From Hyphomicrobiales bacterium (GTDB lineage Bacteria; Pseudomonadota; Alphaproteobacteria; Rhizobiales; Aestuariivirgaceae): a DNA stretch of 62,603 bases. Where the stretch lies: assembly GCA_003151375.1 (NCBI GenBank), contig PLXI01000234.1:1-62603 (forward strand), in the 5' to 3' direction. A program made the translations under genes and the position numbers. The stretch's first letter is position 1, and every line of letters begins with the position of its first letter. Under the pieces are notes generated by a model that made no database searches, was not told the DNA's origin, and was given only the letters and a program-made list of their open reading frames with translations. Shown in pieces: positions 18,901 to 30,000 of this stretch.

Positions 18901-19932
18901 ACGGGTGTGACCAATTTAGTTGGCGGCTCAAATTATTCAGCACAGACCACGGCTTTTGTTGTCGATGACAACGGCAATGGCCCAGGAACTGGGGCGGTTC
19001 CCGCGTTGACCATTGTTGGCGGCATCATCATTGCCGTTTCGTTCGCAGGAAACAACGGCATAAATTACACCATTCCTAAATTGGTCATTGTTGATCCGTC
19101 CAATACTGGCAGCGGTGCCAGCGCTCAATTGGTTCTCGATAACAGTGCTATCTTTAAAGCTTCCATCGCTGTTTTTAGCGCTCCAAATGTTGGCAGCGTT
19201 ATTCGCATGGGTGGTGGAATCGCCACGATCACATCCTTCACTGACAGCACGCATGTTGTTGCCAACATCACATCTCCAATTGTGGCCATTCAGCCAAACT
19301 CTGTCACCGTGGCACAGCCTCAAGGATTAGTTCAAGCCCAAGCCGCTGGAACATGGAGCATGACTGCGCCAGTAACCACGATCAGTGGTTTGCAGCATTT
19401 GGCTGGTGCCACAGTCACTGGTTTGGCCGATGGCAATATCGTGCCCCCAACCGTTGTTTCGGCTGCAGGAACCATTACGCTGGCAACCCCAGCCAGTGCA
19501 GTTATCATTGGATTGAGCTTTCAGGCCCAGATGCAAAGTATTTACCTTGATGCTGGCAATCCAACGGTGCAGGGCCAGCGCAAAAAGGTGGCCATGGTAA
19601 CGGCGCGCATTGAATCCTCACGCGGGCTGAAAATGGGTTCCAATCAGCTGGACGGTTCAACCGTTACTCCACTGCAGATAGCTCCGAAGTGGAAAAACCT
19701 GAGCGTTGTGCCAGATAAAGGCGTGCCACCTTACAATAGCAATGTCATCCCACTGTTCACCGGTGATGTTCGCATTCCAGTGACGGGCGGCTATAACACC
19801 AAAGGTCAGGTTTGTTTGCAGCAGGATAACCCGCTCCCAATGCAAATCTTGGCCTTGATCGAGGAAGTGTTGCCGGGGGATCAACCTGAAACCGAAGCCA
19901 AGCCGAAACAACGCGCAGGAGGGCAACGATGA
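15973..19932 (+). CDS. Tail nozzle / tubular protein B-like, enlarged by beta-rich insertions
   Basis: FTTGEVSPSLFGRVDL.K...N.YV...GGA..R.GT N-terminus; QSADV, YP.VVAYFQQR, QEV.AWARH, L.HLAG.TV..LADG, QDNPLP motifs. Confidence 0.88.
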   Translation: MAVPLISTAFTTGEVSPSLFGRVDLAKFHSAAATLRNMYVSYKGGAYSRAGTMQVGFSKQTGRTVPPRVIPFQFNINQGLTLEFGNFYMRVISDGAYITENALAITGATQTNPCVVTGNAIGATAATPNNGAVVSSYAPADKITLAGGAFATPAVLAVTNTKLLGLQLNAPGGGYAPADTIHLSGGTQSSPAIVTVSTTQVAAAAVASAGTGGVAGPAVVMGTTGTGVKFQANVTINGGSGGIISVNSIALAGSYTVNPTTPTAEPVTGGGVTGATLNLTIGVGTFSITSVGVFTANPVGLTFSQGSTSGLGTGATFQFALMGPNALTVSTAGVYNTFPSNPVAQASTTGSGVGATFTLSSAGVPVFSNDDWVNISGVGGMTQLNGGTFVVSGVSGSNFNLNDVYGNPIDATSFSAYTSGGTAARIYTLITPWAEADLEYLKFTQSADVMSITCVNQKTLTEYLPQDLARISDSNWTLTAFSAAPSVLPPASTSGVASAPGGTGVTAYVDYQYVVTAVSPIDGSESVASPIADIPNAVDISSTVGTITITWSAVPNVNEYNIYKAKPAIANAAPLISVPAGSLFGYAGSAYGTQFIDTNIVSDFTQVPPTHLNPFSRGKIIAVNPVAGGINYTTIGYTITTSTGSGAVLVPILVSGSLAAVIIVDSGQNYAATDTIAITGNGTGATALLTIGAQTGTYPGVVAYFQQRRVYASSLNNPDTYFMSQPGAYKNFDIRIPTIASDAIIGSPWANQVNGIQFMVPMPGGLVALTGLAAWQLTGAGGSSLNPQSITPSSQQAQPQAYNGCSATVPPIKIDYDIVYVQAKGSIYRDLSYQFYTNIYTGTDLTQYSSQLFTGYTIREHAWCEEPYKVLWSVRSDGILLSMTYNKPQEVTAWARHDTNGLFQSVCSVTEPPVDALYLVVQRNIGTNTAYMVERMDNRIWDSVENCWCVDCGLALAQPQPNATLNANSATGLGAITGVTNLVGGSNYSAQTTAFVVDDNGNGPGTGAVPALTIVGGIIIAVSFAGNNGINYTIPKLVIVDPSNTGSGASAQLVLDNSAIFKASIAVFSAPNVGSVIRMGGGIATITSFTDSTHVVANITSPIVAIQPNSVTVAQPQGLVQAQAAGTWSMTAPVTTISGLQHLAGATVTGLADGNIVPPTVVSAAGTITLATPASAVIIGLSFQAQMQSIYLDAGNPTVQGQRKKVAMVTARIESSRGLKMGSNQLDGSTVTPLQIAPKWKNLSVVPDKGVPPYNSNVIPLFTGDVRIPVTGGYNTKGQVCLQQDNPLPMQILALIEEVLPGDQPETEAKPKQRAGGQR

Positions 19933-20387
19933 CCAAGTTTGAGATCGTTCCTGCGAAGAAATATCATTGTGGGCAGATCGTACGTTCTTTGCGCAAAGAG
20001 CATAAGAGCATCATTCTCGGCCTTGGGTTTAATGGGCACCAAGAACTATCAGACTGTTTCGACAATTCATCCATTTGTCGATCATGGCTGATAGACGAAA
20101 AACTGGCAGGACTTGGCGGTGTAAGTGGGCCGATCAGTGGCATGTTTGGCCAAATCTGGTTGGCACTCACTCAAGACGCATTGAAATATCCCATTGAGAT
20201 GGTCAAAGAGGCCAGACGGCAGATGGATGACTTCATGATTCTCAAGCGCGAATTGGTGACAACCATACTCGATGGAGATGCCACATCTAGGCGATTTGCT
20301 TTTTTTCTTGGTTTCACCGAACACGAGCCTATAATCCGTGTACCTATTGGTGCAGGAATGGCGACAATCATGCGAAAGGTTGCTTAA
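19929..20387 (+). CDS. GNAT-like / T7 gp13-like virion assembly protein
   Basis: Follows the nozzle; GLGGV...GQIWL...SRRF..FLGF pattern; ATGA coupling. Confidence 0.6.
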   Translation: MTKFEIVPAKKYHCGQIVRSLRKEHKSIILGLGFNGHQELSDCFDNSSICRSWLIDEKLAGLGGVSGPISGMFGQIWLALTQDALKYPIEMVKEARRQMDDFMILKRELVTTILDGDATSRRFAFFLGFTEHEPIIRVPIGAGMATIMRKVA

Positions 20388-20388
20388 A

Positions 20389-20898
20389 GTGGCATTTTTG
20401 GCTCCCATAGCAGGTATTCTTGGTGCAGTTGGCGCTGGCGTTTCTGCAGTTGGCTCGATTGAGGGCGGCATAGCCCAAGGCCAATCTGCAAATTATCAAG
20501 CCCAAGTCGCCAGAAACAATGCGATCATTGCTGAGCAAAATTCCGTTCATGCCGAACAGGCTGGCGAAGAACAGGCGCAAGAACAAAGCCTTAAAAGTGC
20601 CGCCATGGGTGGCCGAATTAAAGCGGGCCAAGCAGCCAATGGAGTTGATGTCAACAGTGGTTCGGCCGTTGATGTGCAGACCTCAGATCGTGAAGAAGGC
20701 AAACTTGATACCGAGAACGTGTTCAATAATGCTCAGCTTCAGGCATATGGCTACCGGACACAAGCAACGAATTACGAAGCGACAGCTGGATTGGATCAGA
20801 CGGCGGCAGATGAGGCTCCAATTGAGGGCGTGCTTGGTGCCACAGGTGGGCTGTTGAGCAATGCGTCGAGCTTAGGCTTCAAGTGGGGTAAGGCTTAG
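20389..20898 (+). CDS. Internal virion (ejection) protein, T7 gp14-like
   Basis: Hydrophobic Gly/Ala N-terminus, ANYQAQVA.NNA...AANGVDVNSGSAVDV; GTG start 1 nt after the upstream stop. Confidence 0.75.
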   Translation: MAFLAPIAGILGAVGAGVSAVGSIEGGIAQGQSANYQAQVARNNAIIAEQNSVHAEQAGEEQAQEQSLKSAAMGGRIKAGQAANGVDVNSGSAVDVQTSDREEGKLDTENVFNNAQLQAYGYRTQATNYEATAGLDQTAADEAPIEGVLGATGGLLSNASSLGFKWGKA

Positions 20899-20901
20899 AT
20901 C

Positions 20902-21408
20902 ATGGCGGAAACTTTGACACTTGAAAGACTGAAAGCCGTTCTCCGCTATGAGCCAGAGACAGGACTATTCTTCTGGCTTGAAGGAAACAGATGGAGGAGA
21001 AAAAGTTTATTGGCTGGAGGCAACACCGAAAGTGGATATAGCAATATTTGGGTTGAAGGAAAGCGGTACTTCTCCCACCGCCTCGCGTGGTTTTATATGA
21101 CGGGAGAGTGGCCAAATCCAGAATGCGATCATCGCGATGGGAACAGAAGTAACAATAGAATTGTAAATTTGCGCGAGGCGACCCCGCTGCAAAACTCGCA
21201 CAATATGAAAATGCGTAAAGATAATTTGATCGGCCTCAAAGGCGTTTATCGGAGAAAACAGAGGGGAAAATACTCTGCAAGAATCCATATATTTGGCAAG
21301 CATACCCATCTCGGCCAATTTGACTGTCCCGCCGCAGCCCATTTCGCGTATGTGATAGCGGCCTCGCAAAATTTTGGTGAGTTTGCAAGGGGAGGCTCAA
21401 ATAGCTGA
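20902..21408 (+). CDS. HNH homing endonuclease with AP2-like DNA-binding domain
   Basis: L.YEPETG.F.W...HRLAWFYMTGEWP...DHRDGNRSNNRIVNLREAT..QN...KGV...HLG.F...A..AY......GEFAR. Confidence 0.92.
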   Translation: MAETLTLERLKAVLRYEPETGLFFWLEGNRWRRKSLLAGGNTESGYSNIWVEGKRYFSHRLAWFYMTGEWPNPECDHRDGNRSNNRIVNLREATPLQNSHNMKMRKDNLIGLKGVYRRKQRGKYSARIHIFGKHTHLGQFDCPAAAHFAYVIAASQNFGEFARGGSNS

Positions 21409-24049
21409 AGTTCCATATACCGACACGGGAGCCCAAGTCGCACCGCAAGTTAATGCGCCGGATGACTACCAAAGAATAGACGCGACTCCTGCTTCGTTTG
21501 GCGGCCTCATTGCCAAAGGCCTCAATGAGGCTGGCCAAGGTGCAGTTAAAGCCGGGCAGTTCTTTGGCCAAGTCGCTGCCGATAACGGCACCAACGATTT
21601 TCAGGATTATTCCAATAAACTTTTGTACGGCGATCCGAGCAAGACCATCACGGGCCCCGATGGCAAGCCAACACAGGATTTAGGCTATCTCGGCCTGAAA
21701 GGGCGTGCGGCTCTTGATGCAAGACCAGCAGTTGAAGCGCAACTTGACGAGAAATTAAATGATATTCGGTCTGGCCTGCAAACGCCAGAACAGCAATTGC
21801 AGTTCGATAATTACTCAAAGCGCTACCGCGCGCGTGCTTCGGAACAAATCGGCTCACACGCTGATACGCAAGCCAATACATGGTATGGCGCAGTCAATAA
21901 ATCCGCCAGTGATTTGGCCCTGACCCATATTGCTCAAAACGCCGATAACCCAACCGAACTTGCGGCAGGTATTGCTGATTTGCGCAGCGCTAGGGTGAAG
22001 GATGCGCAACTGGCAGGTGGCGGCCCTGAGTTGGTACAAGCGGCGATAGACGGCGCCAATCGGGACGGATTGAAGGTTCAGCTTGAGACAATCTCGGTTC
22101 ATGACCCAGCGCGCGCGGCCGCTATTCTGGAAAAAAATAAGGCCATTGCCGGCACTGATTATGAGGCGCTGGCCAAGCAATTCAAGGCGGCCTCCGATCA
22201 TCAAACAGGCACGGCCACCGCCGATCAAATCTATAAAAACTCACCACGTCCAGATGGCAACCATCCTTATGCCGATCCATCGCTGCCAATTTATGCACAA
22301 ACCGCGCAAGCAATACCAGGCGGAATGTCACAACAGGGACTGGCCCGCACTGTTCAGATTGAAAGTGCTGGTGTTCCGAATGCTGGGGCCAATAGTTCAC
22401 ATAAGGGCTTAGGACAATTTTCAGATGCCACTTGGGCCCAATATGGTGAAGGCTCACAACTTGACCCAAAACAATCTATTGTGGCGACACAGAAGTATGC
22501 CGCCGCCAATGCCCCTATTTTGACCAACGCTTTGGGTCGCGTACCAACCGATGCTGAACTCTATCTTGCCCACCAGCAAGGCGCTGGCGGTGCCTCATTG
22601 TTACTGCAAAACCCTAATGAACGCGCTGGCGATCTGGTGGGCGATAAAGCTATTCTCCAGAATGGTGGCGATCCTAATGCGCCAGCATCAGCCTTTACCT
22701 CAATGTGGACGGCGAAATTCAACGGTAAGTGGACATCACCAAGCGGCCCGCACGGTCAGGCATCTACACCATCTTCTGGTGCCGCAGCGCCAACACCGAC
22801 ACTATCACCGGTGCAGAATATCGCACCTGTTGATCTTAAATCTGCCGTGCCGCCACCACCACCTGACTTGGAAGGGCAACAAGCCGCGGCGGACTTACAT
22901 GCTAGCAATGCCTTGATGAATATGCCAGCCGGTCTCTCCGCTGAAGCGCAGACGGCCTATAAAGATCATGTGAACAGCCTGTATGCAGCAGAAAGCCTCG
23001 GCATCAAAGGGCAAGCAGCGCTGGAAAAGTCTGGCCATGATAAGGTGATGAGTGATATTCAGGCCCGCTTGGACAAAGGCGATACTGGCTCGCAGACCGG
23101 CGGCAACAGCATTTATGACGACATCGACAATAATCCCCTGCTCGCTGGCGCGCGTGGGGAGATCGTCAAACAAACCCTTAGAGACTTGGTTCTCAAACGC
23201 ACTGGCAATGAAGACCCTATCAGCATGGGATCAGGCTATCTCAAAGCCTTGAAAGGCATCACGGCACCATTTGGTGATCCAAATAAAGTTGTCGATCCAA
23301 TTCAAATTCTGCAAATGGAAAACAACGGCGAACTGACAAAAAGAGGTTCTGCGGAGCTTCAGCGCGAACTTGGTGCCGTGAAAAAAGAAGACGGACCGGG
23401 GCTTGTCGCCACGAAAACTGCGATGCTGACTTATGCAAGCAGCCTGCTCTCATTTGATCAGGAAATGTCTTATCCTGGCATGCCGCCACTCAAAGATGAA
23501 AAAGGCAGAGAGGCGTTTCTTTCTGAGTTTGTGCCAAAATTCTATGCAGGCTATGATAATTGGGTGAAGCAGGGAAAAGACCCAATGCAGTTCTTGCAGA
23601 GAGACAACATCGCAAAGTTGGCTGAAGAAGTTCGGCCAGCAAAGCAGATGGCTATGGACAAGCTGATCGCAACAAATTCAACCACCACCGTTGCGGACGA
23701 TCCACGTATACCGATTCCAGAAGCTCCTAAAAACGTCAACAATGATGTGTGGAAAACCGTTGTTTCCAGTCCGCCAGTGCGCGCCGATAATACCCACATG
23801 CCGCATGAGATTTGGGCAAAGTTCGTGGAAAATCTGGTTAATGATCCGTCACAGGAAAACATCAATCTGTTCAATAGTTCGCAATTTGGCCGCGCAGGCT
23901 ACAGGGCTGAACGGATCATCAAACAACTCACTGGCAAGGATCCTCAAGCAAATCTAATCCCAGAGGAACGCACAGAAGGCGTGTCGTCTCCGCTGGAAAC
24001 CCCAGCGCCGCACATCATAGGCGGCCACACGACCCTGCGCGTGCAATAA
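21401..24049 (+). CDS. Internal virion protein with lytic transglycosylase/lysozyme-like domain (start uncertain: ATA 21401 or TTG 21374)
   Basis: QIESAG...GLGQF...TW..YG...ELYLAHQQGAGGA motif; position in the ejection-protein module. Confidence 0.75.
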   Translation: MAEVPYTDTGAQVAPQVNAPDDYQRIDATPASFGGLIAKGLNEAGQGAVKAGQFFGQVAADNGTNDFQDYSNKLLYGDPSKTITGPDGKPTQDLGYLGLKGRAALDARPAVEAQLDEKLNDIRSGLQTPEQQLQFDNYSKRYRARASEQIGSHADTQANTWYGAVNKSASDLALTHIAQNADNPTELAAGIADLRSARVKDAQLAGGGPELVQAAIDGANRDGLKVQLETISVHDPARAAAILEKNKAIAGTDYEALAKQFKAASDHQTGTATADQIYKNSPRPDGNHPYADPSLPIYAQTAQAIPGGMSQQGLARTVQIESAGVPNAGANSSHKGLGQFSDATWAQYGEGSQLDPKQSIVATQKYAAANAPILTNALGRVPTDAELYLAHQQGAGGASLLLQNPNERAGDLVGDKAILQNGGDPNAPASAFTSMWTAKFNGKWTSPSGPHGQASTPSSGAAAPTPTLSPVQNIAPVDLKSAVPPPPPDLEGQQAAADLHASNALMNMPAGLSAEAQTAYKDHVNSLYAAESLGIKGQAALEKSGHDKVMSDIQARLDKGDTGSQTGGNSIYDDIDNNPLLAGARGEIVKQTLRDLVLKRTGNEDPISMGSGYLKALKGITAPFGDPNKVVDPIQILQMENNGELTKRGSAELQRELGAVKKEDGPGLVATKTAMLTYASSLLSFDQEMSYPGMPPLKDEKGREAFLSEFVPKFYAGYDNWVKQGKDPMQFLQRDNIAKLAEEVRPAKQMAMDKLIATNSTTTVADDPRIPIPEAPKNVNNDVWKTVVSSPPVRADNTHMPHEIWAKFVENLVNDPSQENINLFNSSQFGRAGYRAERIIKQLTGKDPQANLIPEERTEGVSSPLETPAPHIIGGHTTLRVQ

Positions 24050-27000
24050 TGGCTGATAACCAATCTGCAAATCCCTATGATACCGCTGGGTTTGCTCTCG
24101 CTCCAAATCAGGTAGATCAGACTGAGAAGACCGATAATCCCTATGACGCGATGGGAGATTTCGGCCTCAAGCCAGGTTCATCGGCATCTGGCTCTTTTGC
24201 GCGTGGTGCTGAACGTGGCGCATTGCCCGCGGCAGGCGGTCTTGCAGGTGCAGAAGCAGGTGCTGAAATAGGTGCCGGAATTGGTGCTTTCGGTGGCCCA
24301 TTAGATTGGGCAACCGTGCCGGTCGGCGGCCTTGTCGGCGGCCTCGTTGGCGGCTTCGGCGGTTCGTATGCCACACAAGGCGTGCAGGACTATGGCGTGT
24401 CCAAGGCTCCTGACTCATGGAAGGAAGCCATCGGGCAGGATGACCGCCAGCAACAACTCGATCAGCAACAGCACCCTTATGCGACTTTTGCAGGCGGACT
24501 GGCACCATTTGCCTTGACGCTCAAGCCGGGGCTAATGGCCAAGGGCGCTTTGCCAGACAATCCAACAACCCTGCAAACCTTGCTGGCTCACCCAGCCTCA
24601 AAACATATTGTTGCTGGCCTCGGCATGGGCGGCATGGAGATTGGCCAAGAAGTAGCAAATGGCGAAACCCCAGACTGGGGCAAAATTGCCATCTCGACTG
24701 GATTTGGCGTTGTGTTCAACAAGCCCACAAGGATCGGCCAGACAATTTCAAATCTTGGTGCGCGCGTGGCCGCGCCGATTACAGATGTCATTGGGCGGCC
24801 CACTGTTGATAGATTTGGCAACAAAATCCCAGAACCATTTAGTCCTGATCCAACTAAGCCCATCCCAACCATCGCTGAAATGGCAGATCAGCAAATCATG
24901 GGCCCGGGCATTACCGATGCTGTTTTTGATGGAAGCCAGCAGCAAAACCCAGAAGCCAAAGAAGCGGCCCAAAATGCCGCCATGCTGGAAAAGAGCATTC
25001 TTGTCGGCCCAACACCGCCAGACATTCACGATGTTGTGCGCCGCATGGAGCCAGAGGTGTTTGAAAAGTACGATGCGCTTGTGGCGCGTCGAAATGAGGC
25101 AGCAGCATGGGTCGATAATTTAAACAATCCGACTGACGAAAACATCCGGTCGGCTTTACCTCTGGGCCCAGATGGCGAACTTTTTGGCCGAGACACGGCC
25201 CAGAAGCAATTGTCAGCCGTCGAAAACGAATTGCACGATCTAGCCCCTCAAGTCTCAGCAGCCTATCGCAGGGCGGCGGAATCTGTCGGCGCACCCATGA
25301 TTCAGCCAGAAGCCACAAAGCCTGTCGGCGAAGCCCCTGCTTCGACAGAGGCGGCACTGTCTCCACAAGCCCAAATTCATCCCGATCATGCCGCCATTGC
25401 CGATGATGTCACCAAACAGTTAATCGCCGCAGGCCGCGCGCCAGAGGAAGCCCAAGCCGCTGGGCAGTTGGTGGCCGATCATACCGTAACGCGCGCCGAA
25501 CGATTTGGCGGGGCCTTGGGCACACCCTTGGAGCTTCATAATCGGGAAGGGGCAAAAATTCTCGGATTTGGCAAAACTCAACCCGCCCCAATATCTCCAG
25601 TGGCTCCAAAAATAGAAGGGCGCACGTTGCCAGCCCCTGTTGAGCCCACGCCGGAAGTTAAACAGGAACGGCAACAAGTTTCTGATCAGATGCAAACGCT
25701 TGCCTCTGGCCATATCGAGAGTGGTTTTTCTTCTGTTAAAAAGTTTGATGATGTTGCCAGCGCTGCGTTGCCAGAGACGAAGGGCCAGCCCGCAGGCGTG
25801 TTTATGTTTGACCCGACAAAGTTGGGCGTGGATGCAGAACGGTTCCAATTCAAAAGTGGTGGCGATCAATATGGTGTCACAAATGCTCTGAAATCAGTTT
25901 CGAAGTGGGACAAGACGAAAGCTGGCGTAGCTATTGTGTGGCAGCAGAACGATGGAAAACTGTTCGTATCAAACGGCCATCAAAGGACTGGACTGGCCCG
26001 CAGGCTGATTGATCAGGGCAAGGAAAAAAATATCGAACTGCCCGGCCTGCTTTTGCGCGAGAAGGACGGATTTAGCGCTGCGGATGCCCGCGCAATATCA
26101 GCCGTTACCAATATCGCAGAGGGCACCGGATCGGCTCTCGATGGTGCCAAAATTCTGCGCTCACGTCCGGACTTGCTGGACGGCTCGCTACCACTCTCCG
26201 AGGGCAAGGGAAAACAAGCCGCAGCACTGGCCAAGCTTGACGATGAAGCCTTTAGAATGGTCGTCAATGAAGTGGTGCCAGAACACCAAGCGGCAATCGT
26301 TGGTGATCTTATTCCCAATGACGGGCCTCGCCAGATTGCAGCCATGAAGGCAATCTCACGGTTTGAGCCGAAAAACGCAGACGAAACCGTGGCGCTGGTT
26401 CAACGTGTGGCACAAGCCGAATTGGCCAAGGCTGAGGCTGGCAAGCAAACCTCAATGTTTGGTGATCTCGAAACGGCAGAATCAACCGCCGGTCAGGAAA
26501 TGCAGATCGTTGGCCGCACCATTAAAGAATTGAACAAAGACAAAAGCCTTTTTGCCCGCGTTGTCGCCAATGCAGATCGGATTGAAGGCGCAGGCTCACA
26601 AATTGATAGATCATCGGCCGAAAGTGTGGCAACAGACTCAGAAATCTTCGCCAAGGTACTTTCCACAAGCGCATATTCAGCAGGGCCTATTCGCAATGAA
26701 CTTATTTCAGCAGCAAGGGATTTAAGAGATGGAAAAGCCACAGTCGGAGAAGCTTCGGCCCGAATTGTCGCTGCCGTCAGGCGACAGGTTGAAGAAAATG
26801 GCGGCAATGGGCTTGGGCTGGGCAAAGGGCCTGAAAACGAAACCCAAGAAAACACCGAAGGCAGCGGACTCGGAAAAGAACTAACCCCACAAGAAGCATG
26901 GAACGGATTTGTTGCAACCAAAGCCGAGCGGGCGGCAGGTGGCAACAATTACAGTGGCGCTTTCAATGGCAAATTTAACCGCGCAGGAGATCCGGTTCGT

Positions 27001-30000
27001 GGTCGCGCTACCCAAGAATGGACACCGGGCAACCTGATCGACGTGGGGTTTGTCAAAGACCTTCTCGTTGTCAAAGCCAATAAAGATGGTTCTTTTGATC
27101 TGATTTCCAAACCCGACAAGGACGGCATCAGCAAAAGCTACAGTGCAAAACCTCATGAAGGCTTAGGTTCAACTGGGTCTGTGAATTTCACTGCGACAAC
27201 GAAAAATTTACCTGCACGAGAAAGGGAACTAGCCCAGCGCAGTCTTGCGGTTAGGCGTCAATCTGACCCTGATTTTGACCGCATCGTAACGCTGGTTGAT
27301 AACCACGCCCCAATTCCAGAGATAGAAGCCGACCCTTATTTGCAAGGTGCGGTGCGTCACATGGCCGCAATCCCATTGACCTCTGCCCAGCCGGGCTTCA
27401 TGTCAGAGGTTTGGAAGGCCGACCGGACGTATGATTTCCCCGGCGGAAAGGTGCAAGGCTACGACAACGCCGTAACCAAATTAACAGATATGGCCAGAGA
27501 CTTCTCGACGAACGGCCCCGTTTTACGCGAGAAGAAGGCAACAGTTTTACTTGGGCCACCCGCATCAGGCAAATCAACCTATGCTGAAAAATATGCGACC
27601 GCGCGCCATGCGGCGCTTATTGATTCCGATGAAGCCAAGAGGGTCATCCCTGAGTTTAATCGTGGCATTGGTGCATCGGCGGTTCATGAAGAATCCGCTA
27701 TCATGGCACATGAAGTGCAAGCCAAACTTATGTCGGAAGGCTCAAACATTGTCATTCCGAAGGTTGGGCATAATGCCGATGGCATTCATAGCCTGATAGA
27801 AACACTGAAGGCCAACGGCTACAGTGTCGATCTGGTTGGCATTAAAACGAGTTACGATAATGCGTTCCGGCGCATGATCGGGCGATTTGCCAGCACAGGC
27901 CGCCTGATTGATCCGGCTTATGTGCGCGCAGTTGGAGAAAAACCGACTGACACTTACAGGACTTTAAAAGAACAAGGAGTAGCAGATCGCTATGCAGAAA
28001 TCGACAACAACGGCAAACGAGGCGAAGCCCCACAAATCCTCGACGACACCGGAGCCACCGAAGGCATTCATGGACTTAGAAGCAGTGGAGAACAAGGTGT
28101 TCAAGGACAAGTGGCCGGCACTGGCCAAGAAGTACAATCTCAAGGAATAGTCCGAAACCTTTATCAGCGCGACCTCTTAGATGAAAAGGGTGCCGAGGGC
28201 CTACCTCAAACCCTCTTGCCCGGCGTGGAGCCGTCGTCACTCAAGCAACGCCTCGAACTAGAATCCAATAAGCCCATGCGCGGCGGCAACAAACCAGCGG
28301 GCGGCATGTTTGACGAAGAGGCACAAAAGCAACAAGAACTGTTCCAATCCGCACTTGGAAAAATCCGCATTGCGCCCGGCAATCGGCCCATCATCACACT
28401 TTTTCGTGATGCCAATGCCTCGACCTTTTTGCATGAGACGGGCCACCAATGGCTTGAAGAACTCACCCGCGATGCTGCCCACCCGCAAGCCCCAGATAAT
28501 CTCAAAGCTGATTCTGCAATCGTGCGCAATTGGCTTGGTTCCGCAGATGGTGCGCCGATCACAGTGCGCCAGCACGAGAAGTTCGCGCGCGGCTTTGAAC
28601 AATACATGCGCGAGGGTGTTGCGCCATCAGCAAGGCTTGTCAGCGTGTTTTCTAAATTCAAAAACTGGCTGACCTCGATCTATCAAAGCCTCAAAGGTTT
28701 GGGCGCGCCGATCAATGATGACATTCGCGGTGTGTTTGATCGCCAGCTTTCCCTAGACCCACAACGCACCGTCATTGCAGAGCCGCATGAAGCAGGCCCA
28801 AGCCTTGCCGATGTTCACATGGGCGATGCCACAGACGCACATCCAATTGAAGCCGATGGCTTGATGGCCAGAGTTGCATCTGAAAAACAACGGGCATTCA
28901 CAGATTTACCACCGGAGGTTCAAAATGAAATCGAAAGCTCCATCCAAAAATACACAGAAGCCAACGCCGCAAGAACCGAACCTGCAACAGAGAACGGCCC
29001 AAGCGAAGGCCGACCTGCAGAAGTGGACGGCGGTAGCGGCAGACCCGAACCTGTCACCACCAGCAGCGCAAGCAGCGCAGTCAATGGCGCGGTCGAGCCA
29101 AGCGGAAGTGCTGCTGGGCCAGAAGGCGCTGGCGTATCAGGACAGCAACAGCGATCAAGCTCTGATACCGGGCATCCCCTCGCCCCTCAATCCGCAGAAC
29201 AATTCGACACAAACTCCTCCAAATTCGTAGATAAGGCTGGCAACATCAGACTGGATAATATCCAGACCCCAGAAGACATTAAGCAAGCCATGCGTGAGAT
29301 GGCTGAACAGAATGGAGACTTTATTGCAGGACGGCGCGGCGTTGTTACCGATGGCCAAGTGCTGGATCTTGCCGCGGCTGTTGGTATTGATCAATTAAGC
29401 GCCAAAAAGATTGGCGAGGCATTCAGCGCTGAAGAAATAAAAGCGGCTGAAAAGTTTCTGGCACAATCTGTTGGCGCCGCGACAGAGGCTGCTAAAAAAG
29501 CAGTCGAAAGCGGAAGTGATGAAGATATCATTGCCTATGCGCAAGCCAAATCCCGTCATGCCATGGCTCAAGGGATATTCTCACAAGCGACCGCTGAAGC
29601 GGGCCGCGCGCTTAGGGCGTTGAGAAGAACCCAAGAACTTTGGAACCCAGAAACCACATCGGCCAACGGATATTTGAAAGAAGCAACCGGCACCACATTG
29701 TTTCAGTTGAAGCAGGAAGCCGAATTGCTTTCCAAAATGGACACACCAGAAAAGGCCTCAAAATATATTTACGACAGCCAGAAGCGCGGCTTTGGACGAG
29801 GCCTATTAGAATACTTTGTCAACAATCTGATTTCAGGCCCAGCCACGCATACCACCTATGCCATCGCCAATGAGATTTTGAGCTTGTGGAAAATTGGCCC
29901 TGAAACTTTGACCGCTGCGGCCATCGGAAAAGTCAGAGAAGCCATGGGCAACGAGGGCCCACGGGTTTATGCCGGCGAAGCCGCGGCTGGTTTGAGTGAA

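Noticed and set aside
20902-21408. Group I intron around the HNH-AP2 gene
   Set aside because: The ORF fills the whole space between neighbouring genes, leaving no room for intron core elements
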